A DNA stretch of 64,000 bases, taken from positions 3,232,001-3,296,000 of the forward strand of contig CAVUSO010000001.1 in NCBI GenBank assembly GCA_963744145.1, given 5' to 3'. The stretch comes from an uncultured cyanobacterium. Lineage in GTDB: Bacteria; Cyanobacteriota; Cyanobacteriia; Cyanobacteriales; CAWUOF01. Positions 52,929 through 63,063 of the stretch are shown here, in pieces. The notes beneath the pieces are model-generated. The model had not been told where the DNA came from. It searched no databases and saw only the letters and a list, made by a program, of their open reading frames with translations. The first letter of the stretch is position 1. Every line of letters starts with the position of its first letter. Made by a program: the position numbers and the translations under genes.

Positions 52929-53924
52929 ATGACCAAACCCAATACTGATGATTGGAAAACACCTCTAGGGGTATATGAAAAAGCGATCGCTGAATTACGG
53001 AGAACTCGGGAACAAATTCAGACAGAAATCCAAACTTTCAGACAGATGCCAATTCCTATAAATGAATTTTCAGAATTGAAAGCAGAACTAAAAAAATCTC
53101 ACCTAAAAATCGAAGCTCTTACCGCAGATTTGGAACAAACTAAAACCGAACTTGTCAATACTCAAAAAATCGCCAGTGCTGCTCAAGAGCAAGTTGCTAA
53201 TGCGGAAAAACAAGCTGATTATGCTCAGAAAGAATTAGAAAAATTAACTAAAGTTATGAATAATAATCAAAGCAGTAATACTGAGCTTATTGAAATGGTT
53301 AAAAAACTACAAGAGCAATTAGAACAACTGTCATCTATACCGAAAACAGAGAATTTGCCAGATCGGATTATGGTAGATATTTCAGACTTGCGATCGCAAG
53401 TATCGAAATTATCAGATGAACTAATGCTTGTTTCTCCTGTAACCGGAACAGACTACTCTAGTTTGCGAGATTTATTAGCAAACAAAGAATGGAAAAAAGC
53501 TGATGAAGAAACTAGAGAAATAATGCTGAAAATTTCTAAGAGAGACGAGAATGGATGGTTAGATCGAGGGAACATCGAACAATTTCCCTGGCAAGATTTT
53601 CGGATAATTAATAGACTTTGGTTAGAATACAGCAATAGCAAATTTGGGTTTAGTGTTCAAAAGCAAATATGGGAAAACATAGAGGTAGCTAGCAACAATG
53701 ATTTTGAAGTAGAGAAGACTTTAGGCGATCGGGTTGGGTGGCGTAATAATAATGTATGGCTTAAGTATGAAGAACTTACTTTTGATCTTAGTGCATTTGA
53801 GGGACATCTACCATCAACCCTTCATCTTCTTGGTATAGAACACGGAAAAGTAGAAGGTAGAATAAGATTGCTTTTCTCAACTGATAAATCGGGAGCAGTT
53901 CGGCGTCGAAAAAAGAAGCAATAA
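52929..53924 (+). CDS. Coiled-coil + GUN4-domain protein
   Basis: DYSSLRDLLANKEWKKADEET, KFGFSVQKQIW, GDRVGWR and GHLP. Confidence 0.88.
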   Translation: MTKPNTDDWKTPLGVYEKAIAELRRTREQIQTEIQTFRQMPIPINEFSELKAELKKSHLKIEALTADLEQTKTELVNTQKIASAAQEQVANAEKQADYAQKELEKLTKVMNNNQSSNTELIEMVKKLQEQLEQLSSIPKTENLPDRIMVDISDLRSQVSKLSDELMLVSPVTGTDYSSLRDLLANKEWKKADEETREIMLKISKRDENGWLDRGNIEQFPWQDFRIINRLWLEYSNSKFGFSVQKQIWENIEVASNNDFEVEKTLGDRVGWRNNNVWLKYEELTFDLSAFEGHLPSTLHLLGIEHGKVEGRIRLLFSTDKSGAVRRRKKKQ

Positions 53925-53945
53925 GTAGGGTTAAAGCTGCTATTC

Positions 53946-54269
53946 CTAAAGCCCTAGAAAGACATTGCCAAGTTGTTGTGCATTTTTAGCTGATTTAGCT
54001 ATCACTACATCTGGCTGTAACTCAGAATAGCCATCTATATGGACTGGATTCTGTACTGGTAAAGAAATAATCTTTCTGAAAACAAGTTCAGAAAAAATTG
54101 TTACTAAACGAGTAACGCACCCTGAGTGAAGAGTCCCTATTGGTGCCATATAAACAATATCCCCATCAATTAGCTCTACCCGATCATCATAACTAAGTAT
54201 CCCGACTTCACCTAGTTGGTAATATTCCTCTACAGTGAATTGCTTTCGCTCTGTTACCACTACAGACAT
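53946..54269 (-). pseudogene. Uma2 endonuclease, 5' half only
   Basis: KQFTVEEYYQL...VELIDGDIVYMAPIG...LQPDVVIAK, then unrelated sequence. Confidence 0.8.
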
Positions 54270-54450
54270 AATTTTTACATCCTATTGATTAAATGGGTTC
54301 CACCTAACAATTAATTGTACTCTGAAGAACATTAAAGACTTTTATCCAAATTGGCCACTACCACTGATCCTATCGTTGATTCACCCAAAGGCGCTGTAGA
54401 GGAATAGGAAATTATTTATAATTTTTTCTTAATAACACCAACCAAAAACC

Positions 54451-56727
54451 ATGCAATTGCATCGAAGTAATTTTCTGAAGTTTATTCTCCAACCAGAAGC
54501 AGGAAAACCTGCGATCGCTAATGGTTTGCGAGGTACTTTAGCATTAGGAGTGCCGATGCTGATCGGGCAACTCACCAACAACAGAGAAAGTAGCTTATTG
54601 GTTGCGTTGATAGCTTACTTTGTCAACTTAGCAAATGTCGGTGGCCCTTATCGAATTAAGGCTACAGGAATGACAGTTGCCACTTTCGGAATCGCTGTTT
54701 CTGTATTTGTGGGAACTTTAGTGGCTGGAATGCCAAAACTGACAGTGTTGCTGACATTACTTTGGGGAATAGTTGCAGGTTTGCTATGGCTATACGGTGA
54801 TGCTGGTTCGATTATTGGTCTGGTGATCGGGATATCATTTATTTTCGCGATCACAAATCCGGGGGGGGTTGAGATTGCTCTAACACGATTTATTTTGTGC
54901 CTGATTGCGGGTGGATGGGCGATGCTCCTGTCCCTAGTTATGTGGCCATTTACACCTTACAAACCCCTACGAGCAGCAGTAGCATCTTGCTACAAAGCTC
55001 TCGCTGATTACGTTTGGGAATTCCAGGAGAGCGCGATTCAGACTGAAGTTGACAGCAAGAAATTGGAATATATTCTAAAAATTAGACAAGCATTAGAAAG
55101 AGCTAGAACAGCTTTGGGTACACAACGCATGGGACAACAAGCTCAGAGTTGGATGGACGAGCAGTTACTAGTGCTGATCCAAGATGCAGAGCGGATGTTT
55201 GGCTCAGTTACAGCTTTGATTGAGTTAGTAGAGGTTAACGTAGGATATCAGCCTTTTCTAGCCGTTGAGCTATTAGTTGGCAATATGCTTGAACAGATAG
55301 CAAGCATTATCCAATCCATAGCTCAAGTCATTTCTAGTCAGCCTGCGATCATCTCATTAGAGCATCTTAGCCGTATTCATGAGGCATTGCAGGAGCAAGA
55401 ACGCCTGCAAAGAAAAGCCTTTTCCGGACTTGAGCAGGACTACCCAGCCCTAGTTAGTCTCACTAACCTTGTGCAGTTGATAGAGAAGCTGATTCGGCAA
55501 TTTCGTTACACGGCTGATAGTGCCAGATCCTTGAATAATGATATCAAAAATGCTCGCCGAGGTGTTGATCCGCTCCTTTTAACACTAGAAAACCAGCAAA
55601 CTGCCAAAAGCAGCGCAACGCTTACACCCTTAATGACACTATGGGATAACCTAACTTTAGACTCAGCCATCTTTCGCCATTCTCTACGTCTTGGTATTAC
55701 CCTGGCGATCGGCGTGATCATCTACACCGTTGCCAAACTGCCAATGGGGTATTGGAGTACACTGACGATCTTATTCGTTCTCAAACCCGACTTTGGAGAA
55801 ACGTTCAAGCGCTTTGCTCACCGCGTAGGTGGGACAATCCTGGGAGCAATAGTAGCTGCTATCTTGATTGCCACGATCGCCAACGAGTCTGTATTAAACA
55901 TGATCACTTTGCTGGCAGTGTTCTTTGGCGTTTCCCTACTCAAAGTCCACTATGGATACGCAGTTATTTTCTTTTCCATATTTGTTTTACTGCTCAGCGA
56001 CATTGCTCATCCGGTTGGTTGGCAATTTGCTGGTGTTCGAGTAGTGAATACATTGATTGGTGCAGGGTTGGCGATCGGGGGACACTATCTAATGTGGCCC
56101 AATTGGGAACGCCAACGCTTCTCCAATCAACTCTCAGTTGCTGTGCGCGAGTGCCGCAATTACTTCCAAACTGTGATGGCAGTTTACCTGGGTGACGAAG
56201 AAAGTAGGGCTACCATCGCCTGCCAAAAACGGCGAACTGGCTTGGCCATTATCAATGCCCAAGCTTCTTGCCAAGGTTTACTGGGCGAACCGCAAACGCC
56301 CTCAGAATTAGTAGAACCGCTGATAGCACTGCTGGTGTATGTAGGACGTTTTAACAATGCGGTGACTATTCTCGCTGTATACCTTGACCATTTCTGCGGA
56401 ACTCAGCCACTGCCGGAATTGGAAACCTTCGTCCGCCAAATCTCCGTACTACTAGAACAAATAGCTGATGCGCTACAGGAAGAAATATCCCCACCATCAT
56501 CTTTACCTGACCTTGAAGGAACGCTACAGAAAATTCATTCTCATCTCCAAGTATTACGTGTAGATTGCTTAGAGCAGCTTGCAACTACAGATCACCAACA
56601 GGCTCTTAGCTGTCAGACGGTGAATGACTACAGTGCAGTGGAGATGGAACTCGACCAAATTTTACGTCGGGCTACTGCCCTGCACTCAGCACTCGTGCGG
56701 CTTAGTTCAGCATTGCAAACCCCTTGA
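54451..56727 (+). CDS. FUSC/YccS-YhfK family membrane transporter
   Basis: Two TM bundles; FRHSLRLG, GYWSTLTILFVLKPD and RVGGTILG. Confidence 0.9.
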   Translation: MQLHRSNFLKFILQPEAGKPAIANGLRGTLALGVPMLIGQLTNNRESSLLVALIAYFVNLANVGGPYRIKATGMTVATFGIAVSVFVGTLVAGMPKLTVLLTLLWGIVAGLLWLYGDAGSIIGLVIGISFIFAITNPGGVEIALTRFILCLIAGGWAMLLSLVMWPFTPYKPLRAAVASCYKALADYVWEFQESAIQTEVDSKKLEYILKIRQALERARTALGTQRMGQQAQSWMDEQLLVLIQDAERMFGSVTALIELVEVNVGYQPFLAVELLVGNMLEQIASIIQSIAQVISSQPAIISLEHLSRIHEALQEQERLQRKAFSGLEQDYPALVSLTNLVQLIEKLIRQFRYTADSARSLNNDIKNARRGVDPLLLTLENQQTAKSSATLTPLMTLWDNLTLDSAIFRHSLRLGITLAIGVIIYTVAKLPMGYWSTLTILFVLKPDFGETFKRFAHRVGGTILGAIVAAILIATIANESVLNMITLLAVFFGVSLLKVHYGYAVIFFSIFVLLLSDIAHPVGWQFAGVRVVNTLIGAGLAIGGHYLMWPNWERQRFSNQLSVAVRECRNYFQTVMAVYLGDEESRATIACQKRRTGLAIINAQASCQGLLGEPQTPSELVEPLIALLVYVGRFNNAVTILAVYLDHFCGTQPLPELETFVRQISVLLEQIADALQEEISPPSSLPDLEGTLQKIHSHLQVLRVDCLEQLATTDHQQALSCQTVNDYSAVEMELDQILRRATALHSALVRLSSALQTP

Positions 56728-56814
56728 CGCCTACCTCATCCCCATTTGTCTATTGATTTTCATGTTCTACCAAAGGTAGCAAAGTTTACCTTGCCTGCTC
56801 AGTAGATTAGCCAT

Positions 56815-56847
56815 AAAAAACTAGCCCGCTTTTGCGGACTAATTTTT
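56815..56847. terminator. Bidirectional intrinsic terminator
   Basis: AAAAAA-CTAGCCCGC-TTTT-GCGGACTAA-TTTTT between convergent genes. Confidence 0.65.
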
Positions 56848-56899
56848 GGGATCTTCTTAACCTAAAAATCTGAGCCGATCAGAAAACTATGCTACAGTT

Positions 56900-57139
56900 T
56901 TACTGATCTGCTGGGTCGCCATAGGAATCTTCACTAGCTGGACGAACATTCCCAAACCGATTCTGATCCGCTGGGTCGCCATAGGAATCTTCGCTAGCTG
57001 GACGGACATTACCATGTTGATTCTGATCTGCTGGGTCACCATCAGGATCTTCACTAGCTGGGCGAGTTTGTTGATTTCCTTGATTATCCGAACCCAACAC
57101 GACATCCTTTACCTTTTGAAAAAACCCATCTATTGCCAT
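56900..57139 (-). CDS. Small protein with three RPASEDxxGDPADQ repeats
   Basis: 60-bp DNA tandem repeats; RBS AGGAG. Confidence 0.8.
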   Translation of the reverse strand: MAIDGFFQKVKDVVLGSDNQGNQQTRPASEDPDGDPADQNQHGNVRPASEDSYGDPADQNRFGNVRPASEDSYGDPADQ

Positions 57140-57197
57140 GATTAGATCTCCTGTTTATTTGTGAATTGGCGAGTAAGTTATTAGCATCGTCCTAGTG

Positions 57198-57695
57198 TTA
57201 CTGTGCTGGAACTGAATCTGTCCCCAAACCATTTAAATTGCGCCCAGTCGAACTATTGTTATAGCCCTGAAATTCCCGATATTTTTGCGCCTCCCCCTCA
57301 GGCACTTGAATTCCTCCTGACGGTGGCTTTACCCAATGAGCCCGGTGTTCACTATCGCGATAATATACTTGCCCATTTTTAGAAAGGTAATATTGTCCTT
57401 GCGCCCCTTGCCCTTGCGCTTTCTGATGCTGGTTATACATATAGTAAAGAGCTGCAGCACCAGCCAAAATGGCTACTTTTTGCCCTGTTGATAAACCCTT
57501 TTTTGCCTGTGGTTGTTGACCAGAGTTAGGATAAGGTGCTGCTCCACCACGGGCATCATCAACCACAGGAGGCGGTACACTACCACCAGAACCTCCACAC
57601 CCACCCAAAAAGGATAATGTGATTAAATATGGTGTGAGCAACATTGCTGTGGGACGCCAAAATTTTCTAGTTTTTGAAGATTTTTTCTTCATCAT
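57198..57695 (-). CDS. Putative lipoprotein
   Basis: Basic N-terminus, LGGC lipobox-like motif, YYLSKNGQVYYRD. Confidence 0.75.
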   Translation of the reverse strand: MMKKKSSKTRKFWRPTAMLLTPYLITLSFLGGCGGSGGSVPPPVVDDARGGAAPYPNSGQQPQAKKGLSTGQKVAILAGAAALYYMYNQHQKAQGQGAQGQYYLSKNGQVYYRDSEHRAHWVKPPSGGIQVPEGEAQKYREFQGYNNSSTGRNLNGLGTDSVPAQ

Positions 57696-58270
57696 CTCCC
57701 CTGCTTTACTAAATATTTACAGAATTTGGAGTTTTTAGTTATCAGTTATCTTGTTTATTTTCATTTCTGTCATTTAATACAGATATTAACCTCTCATACA
57801 AGGTATATACATAATATTAATAAATTTCAACGAATTTATTTCTAACATTGCTCAATAAAATAGGTAATAATTATAAAGAAAATATGGATTTTAACTGATA
57901 TTAGCCAATTAATTACCTGAAAAACATAAAATTAACCGAATTTTTTATCACAACTAGAAAATTAGATCCACTGACTCGATTGAAAAGAAGAAGGGCGTTC
58001 GCGTAGCACGCTCCTACGCTTAAATAAACCCTGTTGAAATATAATTTGCTCTGGGAATTGGGGTGCGATCGCACCAGTCAATGACCCACATGAGTAACCA
58101 ATGACAGCACATTCAATGATCACTACCCTATTATCTTTAGATCAGAAAAATTTCTTAAAAAAAATAATATTTTTATTAAGAAATAAGTCAATCAAGGTAA
58201 AAAATTGCTAGAAATAATAGATTATATGATTAAAAGAAAAATTCAATATAAACATTTTTTTCAGGCATTG

Positions 58271-58450
58271 ATGATGAGAATTCAAAAGGGCGAGTTTTTA
58301 CTTTCTAGCAATGGCAAGTATTACCGGGTAGTAGAATGCAGAGAAAATGTGATTTCTCTGATGCGTGTAAACGGCTATACGATATTTGCTTGTCATCGGG
58401 CTTTATTAGAATCTTCATTTCAACCAGTAGAAATGGTAGAAATGGCTTGA
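58271..58450 (+). CDS. Small hypothetical protein
   Basis: MMRIQKGEFLLSSNGKYYRVVECR...; start uncertain. Confidence 0.5.
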   Translation: MMRIQKGEFLLSSNGKYYRVVECRENVISLMRVNGYTIFACHRALLESSFQPVEMVEMA

Positions 58451-58456
58451 GATTGC

Positions 58457-59701
58457 CTACTGGTCCAGGCTTTCAGCCGGGCCAACTGCTTCAATCGCAG
58501 CTTGCAGGGCGATCGCGACATGAGTCCAGTGAGTACCGCCCTGACAGAAGACAATATAATCATCCCGCAATGGGCCATCAGCCGAAAACTCCGAGGTACT
58601 ACCATCAATAAAAGTACCACCAGCCATGACGAGATGGCTATCATAACCGGGCATCGGGGCAGGAACTGGGTCAAGATAAGAACCGACAGGGGAATATTGT
58701 TGAATAGAACGACAAAAAGCAATTAATTTTTGGGCAGATCCTAGCTTAATCGCCTGAATTACATCGCGACGGGGCATATTGGGAGCTGGATTAACCGGAT
58801 AACCAAGCTGATAAAATACATATCCAGCCAGATGGTTACCCTTCATTGCTTCTCCCACCATTTGCGGGGCTAAAAACAATCCTTGAAACAAAAGTCGATT
58901 TTGCTCAAAGGTAGCACCACCGCTACTGCCAATTCCTGGGGAAGTCAGACGACAAGCCGCAGCTTCAACCAAATCAGCTCGACCAGCAACGTAACCACCA
59001 GCCGTCACGATCGTACCACCAGGATTTTTAATTAACGAGCCAGCAATCAAATCAGCACCAACCGCAGTCGGTTCCCGCTCCTCGACAAATTCACCATAGC
59101 AATTATCCACAAAACAAATTGTTTGCGGATTTTGCTGTTTTACCAAAGTGACAATTTTTTCAATATCCGCGATCGATAAACTAGTTCGCCACGAATAGCC
59201 ACAAGACCGTTGAATAAACACCAAACGAGTTTTTTCTGAGACTGCAACCGCTAATTTGCCCCAGTCAATTTTACCTGATGGGGTGAGTGACAATTCTCGA
59301 TAAGTAATGCCAAACTCCTGAAGGGAACCTTGACCAGAGCCGCGCAAACCGATGACTTCTTCCAAAGTATCGTAGGGATGACCAGCTACTGCTAGCATTT
59401 CATCTCCCGGACGCAAAACCCCAAATAAAGCTGAAGCGATCGCATGGGTGCCAGACACAAACTGGACTCGGACCGCCGCGGCTTCTGCCCCGACAATTTC
59501 TGCAAACACTCGATCTAGAGTCTGGCGCCCCAAATCATCATGGCCATAACCACTAACACTAGCAAAATGATGTCCTCCCACTCGATGGCGGCGAAATGCA
59601 GCTAATACTCTTTGGAGATTTTGCTTGACCTGGGTGTCAATTCCAGAAAAAATCTGAAATAGTGCTTTTTCTGCTTGTACCAGTATGAGCTCGCTGTTCA
59701 T
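58457..59701 (-). CDS. Methionine gamma-lyase-like / aluminium-resistance (YnbB) PLP enzyme
   Basis: SGYGHDDLGR, FVSGTHAI, IQRSCGY, FVDNCYGEF and GSLIKNPGG; lies on the minus strand. Confidence 0.92.
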   Translation of the reverse strand: MNSELILVQAEKALFQIFSGIDTQVKQNLQRVLAAFRRHRVGGHHFASVSGYGHDDLGRQTLDRVFAEIVGAEAAAVRVQFVSGTHAIASALFGVLRPGDEMLAVAGHPYDTLEEVIGLRGSGQGSLQEFGITYRELSLTPSGKIDWGKLAVAVSEKTRLVFIQRSCGYSWRTSLSIADIEKIVTLVKQQNPQTICFVDNCYGEFVEEREPTAVGADLIAGSLIKNPGGTIVTAGGYVAGRADLVEAAACRLTSPGIGSSGGATFEQNRLLFQGLFLAPQMVGEAMKGNHLAGYVFYQLGYPVNPAPNMPRRDVIQAIKLGSAQKLIAFCRSIQQYSPVGSYLDPVPAPMPGYDSHLVMAGGTFIDGSTSEFSADGPLRDDYIVFCQGGTHWTHVAIALQAAIEAVGPAESLDQ

Positions 59702-60157
59702 CAATCCCTCGCTTCGCGATTTAGATAGGCTATCTACCTTCCACCTCTTTATTTCAGCCCACAAAACTAAAAAAAGTTGAAATTATCGGTGACAATGCTG
59801 GAAGATAATTACTCTGAGCTAGGAAGAAAACCAACCAAGCTCAATTTATTAAGGTCACGACATCTGCGTATGATTAGTTTACTTCAGCTCCGTCGTTTAG
59901 CATGAAAATAGGTCTGCTAGTTATGAATCCATTTTCACCTCCTTAGCAAAACTTTGGGCTTAACAGGCTGATTATCCCAGAAATGGACTGGCAAACTTGT
60001 TTTAGGCAAGTAGTTCAGCTCTATTTCTTACTTAATCGTAAAAATAGACCCATGTCCATCTGGAATTTTTAGCTTGATTGAGCAAATCCAGTTTAAGTCG
60101 TAACCCATTTTAATCGTTACGCAAATTTAGCTTGAAAAATCCTCTTTAGGTTAATGT

Positions 60158-60973
60158 ATGACGATCGCAACCTCTACAAAAGTCGATATAAATTGGCCCC
60201 ATACCATTAGTCTGGTTGTGGTTCATACTGGTGCTTTGTTTGCTCTGATTCCGAGTAATTTCAACTCGACCGCACTGGGTATAGCTGTATTTCTACACTG
60301 GATCACAGGTGGTCTAGGGATTACTTTAGGATGGCATCGCCTAGTTACTCATCGGAGTTTTCAAACTCCCAAGTGGCTCGAATATTTCTTCGTTTTCTGT
60401 GGCTCCCTCGCTTGTCAAGGTGGAGTAATCCATTGGGTGGGTCTACACCGTTTACATCATCTTCACTCTGATAATGGCAAGCTTGATCCCCATGATGCGA
60501 CTCGTGGTTTTTGGTGGAGCCACATGGGCTGGATGTTCTTCAAAGGTCCTGTAAATGCTGAGATTGACCGATGCACTCAAGATATCTCCAGCGATCCGGT
60601 ATATCAGTTTTTACAAAACTATTTTCTGCCGATGCAAGTAGTATTTGGTGTTCTGCTCTGGATCTTCTGCGGCTGGCCCTTTGTCGTTTGGGTAATTTTC
60701 GTGCGTCTAGTGGTTGTATATCACTGCACTTGGTTTGTCAATAGTGCTACCCATAAATTTGGTTATCGGACTTATGACACTAATGATAGTTCGACTAATT
60801 GCTGGTGGGTAGCCTTAGTTACTTATGGTGAAGGTTGGCATAACAATCATCATAAATATCAATACTCAGCCCGTCACGGTTTGACATGGTGGGAAGTTGA
60901 TTTCACTTGGATGACAATTCAGCTACTGCAAATACTAGGTTTAGCGGATAAGGTCAAGTTAGCCGAGAAATAG
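60158..60973 (+). CDS. desC: Delta-9 acyl-lipid desaturase
   Basis: His boxes HRLVTH, HRLHH and HNNHH; GEGWHNNHH. Confidence 0.93.
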   Translation: MTIATSTKVDINWPHTISLVVVHTGALFALIPSNFNSTALGIAVFLHWITGGLGITLGWHRLVTHRSFQTPKWLEYFFVFCGSLACQGGVIHWVGLHRLHHLHSDNGKLDPHDATRGFWWSHMGWMFFKGPVNAEIDRCTQDISSDPVYQFLQNYFLPMQVVFGVLLWIFCGWPFVVWVIFVRLVVVYHCTWFVNSATHKFGYRTYDTNDSSTNCWWVALVTYGEGWHNNHHKYQYSARHGLTWWEVDFTWMTIQLLQILGLADKVKLAEK

Positions 60974-61133
60974 TTAGTGAAACTGGGCTACTGATTGATT
61001 CAATTCAGGTTAAATAATTGATCATCTGTAGCCCTTTTTTGATATTCCTAACTCAGACAATTTTCCACATAAATAGGGGTGCATCTCAGTTTGGCAAAAA
61101 TATAAAAAAGCGGTTGATTAGTTTTGCTATCTA

Positions 61134-61712
61134 TTAGTCCTCAAAAATCGCATCAACACTAATCACTATGTCCGGAAATGAAAGAGGTGAGATACTTTCA
61201 CCGGATCTAAATTGTTGGATACTTTCATAGCCATTAGTGTTAGGATTGCGATAAACTTCAACTAATTGTGCTTCTATGTCTATGATCCAAAGTTCAATAA
61301 TTCCTGCTCTAGCATAGACAACTGACTTGACATTACGGTCATTGTCAATAGTGGTATCTGATACTTCAATCAATAAATATATGTCTTGGGTTTGGGGTGG
61401 TGATTTTATGTAATCATCCCTACGAGGTTTCAAAATTGATAGATCGGGTTCCGGTTGTAATCTTCCGTTTAATCTGACTGGAGTTTGTGCTGTGATCAAA
61501 ACACGATCGCCTAAAGCCTTAAAGAAAATTTTCAGCAAACGACCAATATACCCTGCATGACGAGTCCCCATTGGTGCCATATAAATAATATCCCCATCAA
61601 TTAGTTCTGTCTTACCATCCCCAAGCATCCCCAACTCACTCAGTTGGTAATATTCCTCTACCGTGAATTGCTTTCTTGTTGGTTTTATTGCTACTGCGAT
61701 CATCATTCTCAC
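61134..61712 (-). CDS. Uma2-family endonuclease
   Basis: FTVEEYYQL, QPEPDL, LLIEVSDTT and YARAGIIELWIID. Confidence 0.9.
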   Translation of the reverse strand: MRMMIAVAIKPTRKQFTVEEYYQLSELGMLGDGKTELIDGDIIYMAPMGTRHAGYIGRLLKIFFKALGDRVLITAQTPVRLNGRLQPEPDLSILKPRRDDYIKSPPQTQDIYLLIEVSDTTIDNDRNVKSVVYARAGIIELWIIDIEAQLVEVYRNPNTNGYESIQQFRSGESISPLSFPDIVISVDAIFED

Positions 61713-61917
61713 GATCCTATTTACTGAAGAACTCTGATAATTCTCATTCTAATTGCGTTCACTAGCGTGTACCGTAGGTAATCGCATCGTCATTATATGG
61801 CAATCCGATGTCTGTTCATTATCTGGGTAAAGCCGGGATACCTACAAAATAAGGCCACGTTGTAAATTTTCGTAAACAAAAACCTACAACCCTTACCAGA
61901 AATATCTTCACAAATTA

Positions 61918-62601
61918 TCAAGCCAAAATCAAAAGCCCATCATCATCCAACAAATTCGGCACAGCCTCCATATCAATCAAATAATCGCCGAAACGCTTAA
62001 TATGACTCGTCATATAAGGACTTAATGCTGCCATATCTTCACGATTGATCAAACGACCAGCCTTCAGTAAATCCCGCAAAACATCAGTTAAATCCACAAC
62101 ATTTTGGAAAATAACAGCATTATCCACCAAATCATTATATTTAATAATCTTCTCCTGCTCAACCGGATCATTATTAGCAATAATCCCAAAACCACCAAAG
62201 AAAAACCACTTATAAAAATCGTTATAAGCCTCAACAATATTCGTAGCTGTAGTAATCTGTTGTCGCAACTTCAGATCCGAAACAGATTGCAACAAAAATA
62301 CCGTCCTAATCACCCGTCCCAACTCCTGAAAAGCTTGATATAAGCTATTTTTGTGACTATAATTTTCCAGCTTTCGTAACAACACCGCACTGGAAACCTT
62401 ACCAGTTTGAATCGACAAGACAACCTGCAAAATATCTTGCCAATGGTTTTCTATTTTGACCCAATCAATCGCATCCTTAAACAAAGAATCAATATGCTTG
62501 TAAACCCTATCATTACTTGGACGAAAGAAATTTAAATCCTTCCAATTCTGAATCCGGGGCATTAACTTAATCCCCAACATACGTGACCAAGCAAACACAG
62601 G
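61918..62601 (-). pseudogene. Tn3-family transposase, C-terminal fragment
   Basis: PRIQNWKDL, ELGRVIRTVFLL, LSPYMTSHIKRFGDY. Confidence 0.87.
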
Positions 62602-62606
62602 CGTTG

Positions 62607-62792
62607 ATTGAGCAGGAAAAGCGGTTAAAGTATTTGGATTTGGTTACTAGTGCGGTGATTTTGCAGAATACGGTGGATATGTCGTTGGCGATTCAAACGT
62701 TCATGTCACAGGGTGAGGTGATTCCTCTGCGATACCTTGCTGATTTGAGTCCTTCTGAAAAATTACTAGGGGATAAGTTGTTAATGCTGTAA
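62607..62792 (+). pseudogene. Second, divergent Tn3-family transposase C-terminal fragment
   Basis: IEQEKRLKYLDLVTSAVILQNTVDM...LSP, parallel to VEQEKIIKYNDLVDNAVIFQNVVDL of the first fragment. Confidence 0.75.
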
Positions 62793-63063
62793 ACCTTACC
62801 TTTTGAGTCATGCCTTAGATATGTCTCAATTTATGTCTCATTGTGCATTTCTCAAATAGTCTAAGATATAATGAAGTATTTAAGTGGTCATCAAATATAC
62901 CATTTAAGAATGGTGAGAGCCATTTCTATTGAGTCTACAACTTCTGTAGTTAGAAGCGTTCAAGACAATGGTGTTTCACCTGCTGGACCATCAATTTCTG
63001 TGGACTAAACTGCTTAGACATTTAAAGGCTCACGACATCACGACAATCAAACCTGTTATTTAG

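Noticed and set aside
43750..54269. Classical DGR (RT + template repeat) acting on the GUN4 gene
   Set aside because: No reverse transcriptase, Avd or A-rich template copy of 47290-47400 was found in this window; a remote one cannot be excluded
56902..57062. CRISPR-like array
   Set aside because: The 60-bp repeats are in-frame coding repeats without unique spacers, and no cas genes are present
61820..61917. Tn3 terminal inverted repeat
   Set aside because: No matching partner repeat was found to the right of the fragments
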